Of a stretch of DNA of 47,225 nt, positions 1 through 10,348 are shown piece after piece. The notes beneath the pieces are model-generated. The model was not told the origin of the DNA, did no database searches, and saw only the letters and a program-made list of their open reading frames with translations. The DNA lies in contig JAKMXF010000051.1 of assembly GCA_024704765.1 (NCBI GenBank), positions 1 through 47,225 of the forward strand. Reading direction: 5' to 3'. The translations under genes and the position numbers were made by a program. This DNA is from Oopsacas minuta. Its lineage: Eukaryota > Animalia > Porifera. Position 1 is the first letter of the stretch, and each line of letters begins with the position of its first letter.

Positions 1-904
1 AATACACTGTTTCCCCCCTTGAGCAAACCGAGGCTAGATAATCATGGCAAAGCCCATAGTCTAACATCTTAACATCTTCTTAGCCAGTTCTATATACTCT
101 CATCCACCCACAGCTTTATACAGATCCAAAAATAGTACAATCAAATCAAAATCCTTCACTGCTATCCATTTGAATCATTTGGTTACTTCTATAATACGCA
201 GAAGACACTCCATAACCTAGCTTTGAATCAAAACGCATCAATCCTTCACTGCTATCCAGATTCTTCTACAATCACATCAAAATCCTTCACTGCTATCCAC
301 AAAGTCTACTCAAATACACTGTTTCCCCCCCTTGAGCAAACCGAGGCTAGATAATCATGGCAAAGCCCATAGTCTAACATCTTAACATCTTCTTAGCCAG
401 TTCTATATACTCTCATCCACCCACAGCTTTATACAGATCCAAAAATAGTACAATCAAATCAAAATCCTTCACTGCTATCCATTTGAATCATTTGGTTACT
501 TCTATAATACGCAGAAGACACTCCATAACCTAGCTTTGAATCAAAACGCATCAATCCTTCACTGCTATCCAGATTCTTCTACAATCACATCAAAATCCTT
601 CACTGCTATCCACAAAGTCTACTCAAATACACTGTTTCCCCCCTTGAGCAAACCGAGGCTAGATAATCATGGCAAAGCCCATAGTCTAACATCTTAACAT
701 CTTCTTAGCCAGTTCTATATACTCTCATCCACCCACAGCTTTATACAGATCCAAAAATAGTACAATCAAATCAAAATCCTTCACTGCTATCCATTTGAAT
801 CATTTGGTTACTTCTATAATACGCAGAAGACACTCCATAACCTAGCTTTGAATCAAAACGCATCAATCCTTCACTGCTATCCAGATTCTTCTACAATCAC
901 ATCA
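1..904. repeat. Tandem repeat (satellite-like), 312-313 bp unit, about 2.9 near-identical copies, probably continuing left of the window
   Basis: Unit start aatacactgtttcccccc recurs at 1, 313 and 626. The only difference I saw is C6 vs C7 in the homopolymer. Each unit carries up to three copies of the 19-mer aatccttcactgctatcca (150, 240, 281 in unit 1). Identity breaks at about 904. Confidence 0.97.
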
Positions 905-960
905 CAACTTCACTGCCATGCATTTGGTTACAGTATCCATCAGGGCCTTCACTCTAACAA

Positions 961-1140
961 CTTGCTGGTTTTAAAGACATGTTATTATATAAGACATGCT
1001 GGTTTTAAGAATATGTTCTTCTATAAGAGATGCTGGTTATAAGAACTTGTTCGGCTAAAGACATGCTGGTTGTTATTATATAAGACATGCCGGTTATATG
1101 ATTATGTTCTTATATAAGACATGCCGGTTTTATCAACATA
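961..1140. repeat. Degenerate minisatellite with core aagacatgc(t/c)ggtt
   Basis: Core at 991, 1025 (one mismatch), 1058, 1082 and 1116, spacing 34/33/24/34. Related atgttctt fragments continue to about 1260. Confidence 0.8.
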
Positions 1141-1488
1141 TTCTTATCACATACTATCCAGGATACAAGACCATGTTCTTATAAGCGTAATTCTGGTTAT
1201 CGTAACATTCCGGATATATGAACAACATGTCCAGTTCTCGACGATGTTCTTTTAACCGGCATTTACTGTACTACTTGTTTAATCTTTATGAATGTTTCGT
1301 AGTATAACTATTCCACCACCCTATGCATTTTGTGCTCCATAATATTTACAAATATTCCAATATTAATTCCAAGCTCTTAACAATTCTAAGAATCAATTAA
1401 CATACGCTTTAATTGTATTTCCAATCATTTCTTTAGCATCTCTAATGTTCTAGGTTCAGTTAGATAGGAATTTATATTTATATTTATA

Positions 1489-1758
1489 ATGTCTGAGGGG
1501 AGTGATGTATTGAGAGAATTCTGTCAGAAAATTGAGCAGATGTGAGTGAAGTATTGAGGGTAAGATAGAGAATAGCGGAATGGAGGAGTGAAGAGATGAG
1601 ACATCTTAGAGAGAGTCAAAGAAATGTTTATATTGAAAAACATTCCTCGTATTTATACTTTTTTCCCTAGTGCAAGTGTTCCATGTGTTGCATTTGCCAC
1701 TACTATTGCAGGTGTTGCTACCATTACAATCATTTCCGTTGTTGCCGTTGGTAACTAA
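1489..1758 (+). CDS. Possible small spliced ORF (46 aa) with a hydrophobic C-terminal helix; speculative
   Basis: ATG 1489, GTGAGT donor 1542, pyrimidine tract plus AG ending 1670. Join(1489..1541,1671..1758) gives MSEGSDVLREFCQKIEQIASVPCVAFATTIAGVATITIISVVAVGN. No family recognised. Confidence 0.2.
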
Positions 1759-2529
1759 GGAAATATTATAGTTTATCTTAAACATGTTGTGACACCTGCA
1801 ACTCTCCCACAAGTATATATATATATACGACCTGAATTGATCATACTAACTCTTCCTTTTCTCTCTTATTCCTCCTTTTGTGACTGCGGGGTTAATTCGA
1901 AACCTCTTGTGAAGATCCAGTGGTGCATTCACAGTAAGAATACTAGACTGAGAGCTTGAAAGAATATTACTTATATATTCATGTTTTAAAATAATACATT
2001 TTGTGCCTCAAACTGATGTAGCATTGATTCATTTTATTGTGTATTAAACTAGAGCTATACATGTCAGTATTACGATATCGTACTAGGTGGACCAAGGATC
2101 TTGTAGACAGCTGCTAATCGTAATTATTTTTGTAGCAAAGCTCTTATAGTTTAAACGATTTTATAATTATAAGAACCTGCGCTTGAAAAAATTGAGATCC
2201 GAGGGGCTGACTGAGCTACTACCTGGCATTACTTAACAAAAATACACGATTTTGTTTGCTTAATCAGATTATGCCTTTTCTTATTTGTAATCTATCAGTT
2301 TCATATTCAGTGAAACCTCTTTAATACGAATTTCCGGTTAAGACAAACACAATTTTAGTTCCTACAATGGATATTCAAATGTTATCACTCCTGTTAATAC
2401 TAATCCGTACTCTGGGTTAGGAGTACAAATCTCGACAGTCCCTTGGCTTACGTATTAACGAGGTTCTACTGTACTTTGTTTCCAACATCAAAACTATTAC
2501 CTTGCTCTATTAGCATTTGCTTGTCTGAT

Positions 2530-3613
2530 ATGGCTGCCAATATTTATGGTCCCCGTAATGTGTCAGAGATGCTGAGTCAGTTGGAGAATGGATCTAACAC
2601 CAATCTGTCCCAAGAGGCTCTCCGTCTCCTCAGCTGTATTCCTGAGGGTTACATTCCTCTCCCGCACCAGATAGCTGGACACCGACACACCAATGGGAAG
2701 GAAGGATTGCTCAGAAACATACATAAACCTCAAATTCTTCTGAAACCTTTGGTTGTTAAGGAAATTCAATTCTATCAATATTTGCAATCAGCTGACGCGT
2801 CACAGGATGTTGTAAATATTCGAAAATTTGTTCCAAACTTTCATGGAATTGTCCAATTAAATGAGTCACATGGTTCAGGTAACAAACACCTTAAATATAT
2901 TTATTATCATATCTTCATTTTTCATTTCTCAGCTGATTATTTGGCCCTCGAAGATTGCGTATTTCCTTTCACAAAAGCCTCAATTGTGGATTTAAAAATT
3001 GGAAAGAAATTTTACGACAAAGGCACTGACGAATCAAAAGTACTTAGAACCCGCGTGAAATACACAGTTCTAGAAGCAGCTGGCTTTCAGATCGTCGGTA
3101 TGAGGGTGAGAATTTGATTGGCTGTTTGAGTGTTGTGCTAACGAGCTAATCTCTAGGTATTCCAACCATCGTTAAATGAATTCAAGTTTTATAACATTAA
3201 GTTTGGTCAGGGACTCTCAGATTATGATTCTGCTAATAAAGGTATTTATATTTATTTATCTGTTCTATCTTCCAGTTTTATTTGTGTTGCTAGGAATGTT
3301 GGATTTCCTTGACAACGGAACTGAAATAAGGTATGATCTAGTTCCTAGCATTATTAAGAAAGTAACAGAAATCAAAAACTGGTTTGCCGCTCAGACAACT
3401 TTTAAACTCTTCGCCACCTCAATTCTTCTCATTTATGAAGGCTCTCAGACACCAGGTGTTGATAGATCAAGGGTAGACATCCGATTGGTCGATTTTGCAC
3501 ACACTACCCTAGCAACAGAGGCGGAATGTGACCCAAATTGTTTGTGTGGAGTTGAAAATATTTTGGATCATTTTACACAAATATTTTCTGATTCTTTAAC
3601 TACAAAAATTTGA
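2530..3613 (+). CDS. Inositol polyphosphate kinase (IPK superfamily, IPMK/IP6K-like), paralog 1, 308 aa
   Basis: join(2530..2878,2933..3105,3157..3241,3294..3613) = 927 nt in frame, introns 54/51/52 nt. Motifs PHQIAGH, ASIVDLKIG (PxxxDxKxG variant), TSILLIYEG, LVDFAH. Confidence 0.9.
3281..3502 (+). repeat. 222-bp near-identical direct repeat, copy A (IPK paralog 1 last-intron acceptor plus last exon 5' part)
   Basis: Aligns ungapped to 4763..4984 (offset 1482) with 2 mismatches. Confidence 0.95.
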
Positions 3614-3798
3614 TTATTTATATATTATTTGTTTAATATATTTGTATTTTCCATCGCAGGTTAGTAACATTATTCAATTTTCTGTTAGACTTAATCATTC
3701 CGAAATTCATTTAAGTCTCAGGTTTGTAGAAATTCTATTATTAGTGAAGATTATTTGAATTCTAGTTATCACAATTATATATCTAATTAGCCTATCAA

Positions 3799-5086
3799 AT
3801 GGCAGAACGTAGTAACACCTCTCCCCTCCTCATCTCTTCGAGTGGTTCAGATTCTGAAACGTTCCCATTTCCTGAACTAACACCTCTCGAAGCTCCTCCT
3901 CAGATCGACCCCCCTGAGAAGAACAAGAAGGTACAGGACATGTTGTCACTAGTCGATCAGTACTGTGACACTGACGGTCTGTCTAGCGAGGCTATAGCAC
4001 TTTTAGGCGCCATTCCAGACGGATACACGCCAGTTCCTCACCAAATGGGCGGACACAAACATGTCAACGGAAAACCGGGTTTGGAATGTTAATAATAATT
4101 TGCTAAATATTCTGTAAATTTTATTTGTTTATTTTAATAGGATTTCTAAGGAAAATTGGAACTCCAGAATTTCTCTACAAACCTGTCCAACCTTTCCCGA
4201 AAGGAATCAGAGAATTAAACTTTTATAACTTCTTACAAACACCTGAACTAACTTCTGAAGTTCTCCAGCTCAAGAAATTCCTCCCTAAATTCTACGGAAC
4301 ACAAATAATCCCTCCAAAGACGAGTGATGGAGTTATTTGTATGTTGTTTGTTTGTTTGTTTGTTTGTTTGTTTGTTATCTCTTCCTTCTTAGCTGAATAT
4401 TTCCGTTTGGAGGACTGTGCTCATCCTTTCAAGAAGCCCTCGATCTTAGATCTTAAGATCGGTAAGAAGGTCTGTGAGCAAGGTAGTGCTGAGAATAAAA
4501 TAATTCGATCTGTAGAGAAGTATCCAGTACAAGATTCTATCGGATTCAGAATTGTTGGAATGAGAGTTAGTAAATTTTCATTCCTTAAGTATTTGTTATT
4601 TATTTGTATACTTGTTTACTTTAGGTGTATAAAACACTCACTGATGATTACAAGTACTACAACAGATGTTATGGTATGACACGTCTGGATAAAGAATCTG
4701 TTCATCAAGGTAAACGCCTATAGCTTATTTGTTTATTTATTTATTTGTAAACCCATCTTATCTTTGTGTTGCTAGGAATGTTGGATTTCCTTGACAACGG
4801 AACTGAAATAAGGTATGATCTAGTTCCTAGCATTATTGAGAAAGTAACAGAAATCAAAAACTGGTTTGCCGCTCAGACAACTTTTAAACTCTTCGCCACC
4901 TCAATTCTTCTCATTTATGAAGGCTCTCAGACACCAGGTGTTGACAGATCAAGGGTAGACATCCGATTGGTCGATTTTGCACACGCCTATTTCTCCTCAG
5001 AAGTAATGGATTTGGGTCCAAATTGTGAATTTGGCGCCAAACAGGTGTTGGAGCATTTTAGAATAATCAAAGAGTCTCAGTTTTGA
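3799..5086 (+). CDS. Inositol polyphosphate kinase (IPMK/IP6K-like), paralog 2, 348 aa
   Basis: join(3799..4078,4141..4338,4393..4565,4625..4709,4776..5086) = 1047 nt in frame. Motifs PHQMGGH, PSILDLKIG, TSILLIYEG, LVDFAH. The 173-nt and 85-nt exons match paralog 1 exactly in size. Confidence 0.9.
4763..4984 (+). repeat. 222-bp near-identical direct repeat, copy B (IPK paralog 2)
   Basis: Matches 3281..3502 except attattaag/attattgag (K/E) and gttgat/gttgac (synonymous). Confidence 0.95.
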
Positions 5087-5222
5087 TTGGTTGTCTCTTT
5101 TTATGGAATTTTTCAATTTATATATTTGTTTGTTTTGTTTAGTTTTATTTTCTTAGTTTTTACTTTTCTTTATTTTTTCGCGCATTTAATATTTCCATAT
5201 TTTATACAATAGAATAGCTTTG

Positions 5223-8129
5223 ATGTATTCCACAAACAGAATTACAACCCGTAAGGATGCGCGTCGAATCCAGAATCATCTGGACTCACTTCGTAGCAGA
5301 GAGAGGATTAGTGTTACTAGGAATTCCTCACTTTTAGCCGATATTTGTCGCCTAAAGAGACAGGTTCAAAGCATGAATGTTTCTGTGAACCGGTTGGAGA
5401 GAGCCCGCGGCAACTATGATCGATATGTGCAGACCTGTATGGTCAGCCTTGTCCAGAAGTCATTTCGGGAAACCGGAACTGATAATTTACTTAGTTCCGG
5501 TACAAAACTGGAACCAAATCAAACAGATCACCTTACTCCTACCAAAACTATCGGAGTCCAAACGTCTCTTGAGCAGACATCAACCCATATATCTGATTGG
5601 TCAATATCTCCAGACTCTCTCATGCACTCTACTATGTTAGCTCCAGATGTGTCGGATAAGCTGCCACCTCGCGACACACCGAAACGACATAATTATATGT
5701 CTCATCACCCCAAACCACCTGTAGACATGTCAAGCTTAGTTCCTCCGGTCATTAACTTCTCAGATCTACGGACTCCTATTGTTCCACTTCAGGACACATT
5801 TTCAACACCTTTACACGGCTCAGTTCCTAGAGTAATTGTGCCACCTGAATCTTCTATACCAATAGAATTACCGACCATTTCCACACCTCTATTTGCACAA
5901 CAAAATACATTCCAATCTCTTTCTAACGTATCTATGATTCCTCAAACTTACTTGGCTCTTCCACATTCCTACGTGTTGTCACAACAACCTGTGGGTTACC
6001 CCAACCAACCTTTTCAACCCTCTGAAATTATATCTGCCACTTCTCTGCATCCTGTATCATCTCCTGCCACTTTCCAGATTTCTGTATCATCTCCTTCCAC
6101 TTCCCAGTTACCTGTGCCATCTCCAGCCACTTCTCTGCATCCTGTGCCATCTCCTGCCACTTTCCAGATACCTGTACCATCTGCCATTTCTCAGTTAGCT
6201 ATACCATCTTCTGCCACTCCCCAGTTACCTGTGCCATCTCCTGCCACTTCTCAGTTAGCTGTACCATCTCCAGCCACTTCTCTGCATCCTGTGCCATCTC
6301 CTGTCACTTTCCAGATACCTGTACCATCTTCTGCCACTTCCCAGTTACCTGTGCCACCTCCGACCACTTCTCTGCATCCTGTGCCATCTCCTGCCACTTC
6401 CCAGTTACCTGTGCCATCTCCAGCCACTTCTGAATTCTCAAGCTTTGTCCAATTTCCTGAAACCTCAAAATCTCCAGTCTTAGAAGCAACCCAACCACTT
6501 GAGTTATGTGAAACGGAATTAACTACTTTTCACACTTTGCAGGGTCCTATATCTGGGGACACATCTAGACACCAAATGGCTCAGACAATCCGCCACTCCG
6601 ACACAATTCCTCAAAGAATTAAATCTCCTCCACCTCCTCCTAAACATTCTCTTCTTTCTCCTTCAAAGCCTGCCACACAAATTCTTGAGTTACAAACACA
6701 ATTTTCACACTCCCGCCAGTCTAGCTCCCTGCCCACAATTCCAGAACCAGATGAGCCACTATTTGAGCCACCTTCTGATAAACAACCACCTGTAACCATC
6801 CTTAACAACTCTGTGGGGATGCATCGCGTTCCCAGCGCTCACGAATTTGCTCTTCACCATCTCGACAACTTGGACAGAAGATCCAGTATTGATATTGGTG
6901 ACAGATCTGGCATAGTCCTGAAATCCACCAATAGTGACACTCATAAATCAGAGAATGATTTGGATACCGACAGTTCCGGTCCTGAAAGGATTTCACACCT
7001 CAAGAGCACGCCCAACCAGTTCGACCTTACAGCACTTTTGGTATTGGAAAGTGGCTCAGATGAAGAATTTAGACGAAAACCTAGTCAGGTAATGGCAGAA
7101 TTTGCCAATAATCAGCAGACACGTGACCACTTTATTATTCTTAATAACTTGGCTGTCACTCTTAATAAATTGTGTCTTAACACTACACCAGGTGGTGCTA
7201 GAATATATGGTGCGATTTCTCAAATCGACACATTTAAGCCACAAATATCAGAGTCGAATGTTGTCACCAGCAAGATTGAGTCACAGGCTGCCACTTCTGA
7301 GATGGCACAGTTAGCCACTTGGGATATGCAAGCTTTGGGAAATGTGTTTCTTTCCGAAATCACAAAATTGACACTTCAGAATGGCGCAATTTTGAATTCC
7401 GAAATTCTCTCAAAAGAAGAAATTAATTTGGATTCTTTCAATAATAATTTGCCTTTCGTCAATAAACGAATTTGGAATTGTCTGCTCGGACACTTCTCCG
7501 CACTTTTGCAAGCTAAAATGTCAGTCGAAGACATTTGTGCCACATTTGTGCCATTTTTAGTTGAGCCACTTTCTTCTAATGATCATCTCAAAACTGCCAA
7601 TAAAATTTTGCTCAGAATTCTTTCTGAGATATTTGATTTGAAAGAAACGACACCAAACAATGTGGAACCAAGTTTAAGTTTCAGTTCTGATTTGAATTCA
7701 GAGTCTTTCAAGGAAGATGCATACCAACACCTTTTGAAGAGTATGGCACTAGAAGCTAAAGATGGAGGTGTTAAAAGTGGCATACAAGACGACATACTCT
7801 CTGCTCCAAGTTCTCTAGTTAGTGATGAATCAGTCAAGCAGGATTTTAACGCGGGAATAAATTCTAAAAGTTGTGAAGAGTCTCCGACACAATTACTGGA
7901 ACAAGCTGTCCGCGAGGAGTCTCAATCTGACTCAAGTGATTCTGATGTGGTTGAGGACATTTATGTGCCATCTTTCGCACCTTCTAAGTTGATGAGTGAT
8001 CGCGAAAAGAAAACTAAATTTGAGAAGTTTTGGGGATCAGATTTGGACTCTGACGGATCGGAATCGGAACCTATGAGAAGTGTCAAAAGGAAGACAAGCA
8101 AAGGTGTGGACGAATTTGACTTTTTTTGA
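5223..8129 (+). CDS. Large intronless Ser/Pro-rich protein (968 aa from first ATG) with N-terminal coiled coil and internal decapeptide repeats; possibly Kizuna-like centrosomal protein
   Basis: Uninterrupted ORF; ATG at 5223 follows the TTG given in the track. The Kizuna resemblance is from memory only: an N-terminal RERISVTRNSSLL helix and a C-terminal FWG-acidic...DEFDFF tail. Confidence 0.75.
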   Translation: MYSTNRITTRKDARRIQNHLDSLRSRERISVTRNSSLLADICRLKRQVQSMNVSVNRLERARGNYDRYVQTCMVSLVQKSFRETGTDNLLSSGTKLEPNQTDHLTPTKTIGVQTSLEQTSTHISDWSISPDSLMHSTMLAPDVSDKLPPRDTPKRHNYMSHHPKPPVDMSSLVPPVINFSDLRTPIVPLQDTFSTPLHGSVPRVIVPPESSIPIELPTISTPLFAQQNTFQSLSNVSMIPQTYLALPHSYVLSQQPVGYPNQPFQPSEIISATSLHPVSSPATFQISVSSPSTSQLPVPSPATSLHPVPSPATFQIPVPSAISQLAIPSSATPQLPVPSPATSQLAVPSPATSLHPVPSPVTFQIPVPSSATSQLPVPPPTTSLHPVPSPATSQLPVPSPATSEFSSFVQFPETSKSPVLEATQPLELCETELTTFHTLQGPISGDTSRHQMAQTIRHSDTIPQRIKSPPPPPKHSLLSPSKPATQILELQTQFSHSRQSSSLPTIPEPDEPLFEPPSDKQPPVTILNNSVGMHRVPSAHEFALHHLDNLDRRSSIDIGDRSGIVLKSTNSDTHKSENDLDTDSSGPERISHLKSTPNQFDLTALLVLESGSDEEFRRKPSQVMAEFANNQQTRDHFIILNNLAVTLNKLCLNTTPGGARIYGAISQIDTFKPQISESNVVTSKIESQAATSEMAQLATWDMQALGNVFLSEITKLTLQNGAILNSEILSKEEINLDSFNNNLPFVNKRIWNCLLGHFSALLQAKMSVEDICATFVPFLVEPLSSNDHLKTANKILLRILSEIFDLKETTPNNVEPSLSFSSDLNSESFKEDAYQHLLKSMALEAKDGGVKSGIQDDILSAPSSLVSDESVKQDFNAGINSKSCEESPTQLLEQAVREESQSDSSDSDVVEDIYVPSFAPSKLMSDREKKTKFEKFWGSDLDSDGSESEPMRSVKRKTSKGVDEFDFF
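6033..6431 (+). repeat. Coding 30-nt minisatellite (about 13 units of P-A-T-S-x-x-P-V-P-S) with 90-nt higher-order period
   Basis: Repeated ctgccacttc...cctgtgccatctc. Unit variants cycle SLH/FQI/SQL; one unit is 27 nt. Confidence 0.92.
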
Positions 8130-8788
8130 ATTTACTTTCTCGCTAATATTTGTAATCGGAACTAAGCTTACACCAAATACTTTGTTTATATCTAAAGGGA
8201 TATAATTACGGTAACACTTTATTCATTTCGTTTGTTCCACTTTATATTACCATTTATAGGATAATTATTTCACTGAATTTTTGACACCTCACACATTAAT
8301 AATATTAAATTGAATTAATGGTGGTAACATATTACATATTTGTCACCGTTGTTTCGTACAGATGCGCGCTTTGTATGGCAGCTGCTCATTCTGACCAATC
8401 AGATTTTAGTATTCACTAATACATCTGTCATTCTTTGTGCTAATTAATAGGCTTATTAATCGCGAATAAATATTCCGGAAAATTCTAAGTTTTATTTTCT
8501 ATTTCTTTGTTTCTTCTAAAAAGGTGTTATAGCAAATTTTCTAAATTTATTTATTTAATTTAAACTGCGCTCAATTACGTTTAGCATCCCTTATACCGGA
8601 ACTAGAATATTGTTAGTTCCATATTCCCAATTAGGGCATGTCTTAACATTCATAGTTATGCAAGGTTCATTATGAATGACCATACACGTGAACATAGGCT
8701 GCCTATTGCTAGAGAATAGAAAGTCATCTCAGCTTACAATTGCAATGCATTTATACGAGAATTCTGCAGAGAGCAGTAGTCAGATAGA

Positions 8789-9919
8789 ATGTTACATTTT
8801 CTGAAGCAGTTTAAGATTGTTCAGCTCTACTTGACATACATTTTGGTGTTTGCTTGTATTTCGTGTACGATCGGTCAGATTATCGCATTTCCACTCAAAT
8901 ACATTAGTCCTCGATTATTCTACGTCCTTAACGATAAATTGTGCTATTGCTATTTCTGTCTGATACCCTATGCGGTAGAGAACTGGGGTGGGTACACTAT
9001 TAGAGTATACGGGAAAGATGGAATTTACCAAACATTCGAGAAATCGCGAAATAAGAACATGCTAGTTGTTATGAACCACACTGGAGAAGTTGATTGGATG
9101 ATTGGATGGAGTCTTATCGAGAGGGTCGGTCTCTTGGGAGTTGTTAAAACTATGATTAAAGACTCCGTCAAGTATGTCCCAGTATTTGGTTGGAGCTTTT
9201 ACTTCTCTGACTACATTTTCGTGAAGAGATCTGCTCAGACTGATCTCCCACTCATCAAGAAGGCATGTGACGTATACAAGAAGTATCCCTACAATTTCCT
9301 GATGACGATATTTCCTGAGGGGACCCGCTTCACGAGGGAGAAGCATTCAGAGAGTCTAGCGTTCGCTTGTAAGAGAGACCTCCCTCAGTACAAGCACCAT
9401 TTATTGCCCCGAGCTAAAGGTCTTTACACTCTTGTCTGTATGATGAAGAATAACGATAACTCTGAATTCTTCTACGATGTGGAATTTGCTTACAGAGGGA
9501 AAGAGGCAACCACTTTAGGTATCCTGTCAGGTGACGCAGGGATGTGTGACGTCAATATGAGACTGATTCCTCTCCGTGACATTCCATTAGAGGAGAAGGC
9601 GTTTAGTGAATGGCTCTATCAGCTTTTCAGGGAGAAGGATGAGCTGATGGAGTATCACCTGAAGCACGGATGTTTCCCGGGTATGCATCTGCAAGCGGAC
9701 CAGGGATACTGGAGATCTAAACTGGCATTATTCTGGTCCTTGGTCAGTACCCTCCCTATTCTGAGTCTCCTCTATTGTCTAATCTCAAGTGAACAGTGGA
9801 TTATTGTGGCATTCCTTATCGGATTAGTTCCGATTGCCAGCTGGATGTTTAAACAGCTGATTCACCTGACAGAGTCCAAACACGGTTCATCCTACGGTCT
9901 TAATAATAAGAAAGTTTAA
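8789..9919 (+). CDS. 1-acyl-glycerol-3-phosphate acyltransferase, AGPAT3/AGPAT4 family, intronless, 376 aa
   Basis: NHTGEVDW (HxxxxD), GWSFYFSDYIFVKR, IFPEGTRFT, LLPRAKG; hydrophobic N- and C-terminal segments. Confidence 0.92.
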   Translation: MLHFLKQFKIVQLYLTYILVFACISCTIGQIIAFPLKYISPRLFYVLNDKLCYCYFCLIPYAVENWGGYTIRVYGKDGIYQTFEKSRNKNMLVVMNHTGEVDWMIGWSLIERVGLLGVVKTMIKDSVKYVPVFGWSFYFSDYIFVKRSAQTDLPLIKKACDVYKKYPYNFLMTIFPEGTRFTREKHSESLAFACKRDLPQYKHHLLPRAKGLYTLVCMMKNNDNSEFFYDVEFAYRGKEATTLGILSGDAGMCDVNMRLIPLRDIPLEEKAFSEWLYQLFREKDELMEYHLKHGCFPGMHLQADQGYWRSKLALFWSLVSTLPILSLLYCLISSEQWIIVAFLIGLVPIASWMFKQLIHLTESKHGSSYGLNNKKV

Positions 9920-9980
9920 TAGTTGGTAAGAGAGTACATTTTATTATTTATTATACAACTAAGCTAACTGACAAACTATT

Positions 9981-10235
9981 CTACGTTTCTAACACCAGTT
10001 TATCAATTGCGTACATTTCATTCAGTTTAGTCTGTCTTTCTAATAGTTTTATACTAGCCATTGCTTGCGAATGAAGTTTTGACACCTTTTCTAATTCTGT
10101 CACAGATTTGTTGTCCCTGAATCTGTCCCTGATCCGTCGCTTGGCGTACTCTCTGTAATTGTAAATTGTGAAATCAGTTGATAGTCTCAGCAGTCTGCGA
10201 TAAGTGGCGAGCAATTGTGTCCTTGTTAGCGACAT
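9981..10235 (-). CDS. LYRM4: LYR-motif protein 4 (ISD11, Fe-S cluster assembly), 84 aa
   Basis: LATYRRLLR (LYR motif), YNYREYAKRRIRDRFR and C-terminal ERQTKLNEMYAIDKLVLE are typical of ISD11/LYRM4. Confidence 0.9.
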   Translation of the reverse strand: MSLTRTQLLATYRRLLRLSTDFTIYNYREYAKRRIRDRFRDNKSVTELEKVSKLHSQAMASIKLLERQTKLNEMYAIDKLVLET

Positions 10236-10348
10236 TTTTATAGCAATTAATAATCCAAATTTGATGTTTGAAATTTTTATTCATAAACTAATGGTTGAGT
10301 ATTAATACAATTATTTGTGAGTAAAGTTAGAATATTTCTGTCACTAAA

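Noticed and set aside
150-885. 19-nt repeats with intervening sequence resembling a CRISPR array
   Set aside because: The spacers (41-181 nt period) recur identically in each 312-bp unit, there are no cas genes and the context is eukaryotic. It is a satellite with sub-repeats.
1-904. Satellite as a tandem array of SL RNA or snRNA genes (minus-strand TATTTTTGG resembles an Sm site)
   Set aside because: The Sm-like match is imperfect and I see no convincing leader-donor junction or stem-loops. It cannot be supported without the known leader sequence.
848-1042. 64-aa ORF in the track
   Set aside because: It starts at TTG inside the satellite and runs into the minisatellite; no coding features.
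1885-1935. ggttaattcgaaacc resembling a tRNA/SINE B-box
   Set aside because: Imperfect B-box, no A-box and no cloverleaf.
2443-2529. TTG-initiated N-terminal extension of IPK paralog 1
   Set aside because: Non-ATG start in a eukaryote; ATG 2530 follows an acceptor-like AG and fits the paralog alignment.
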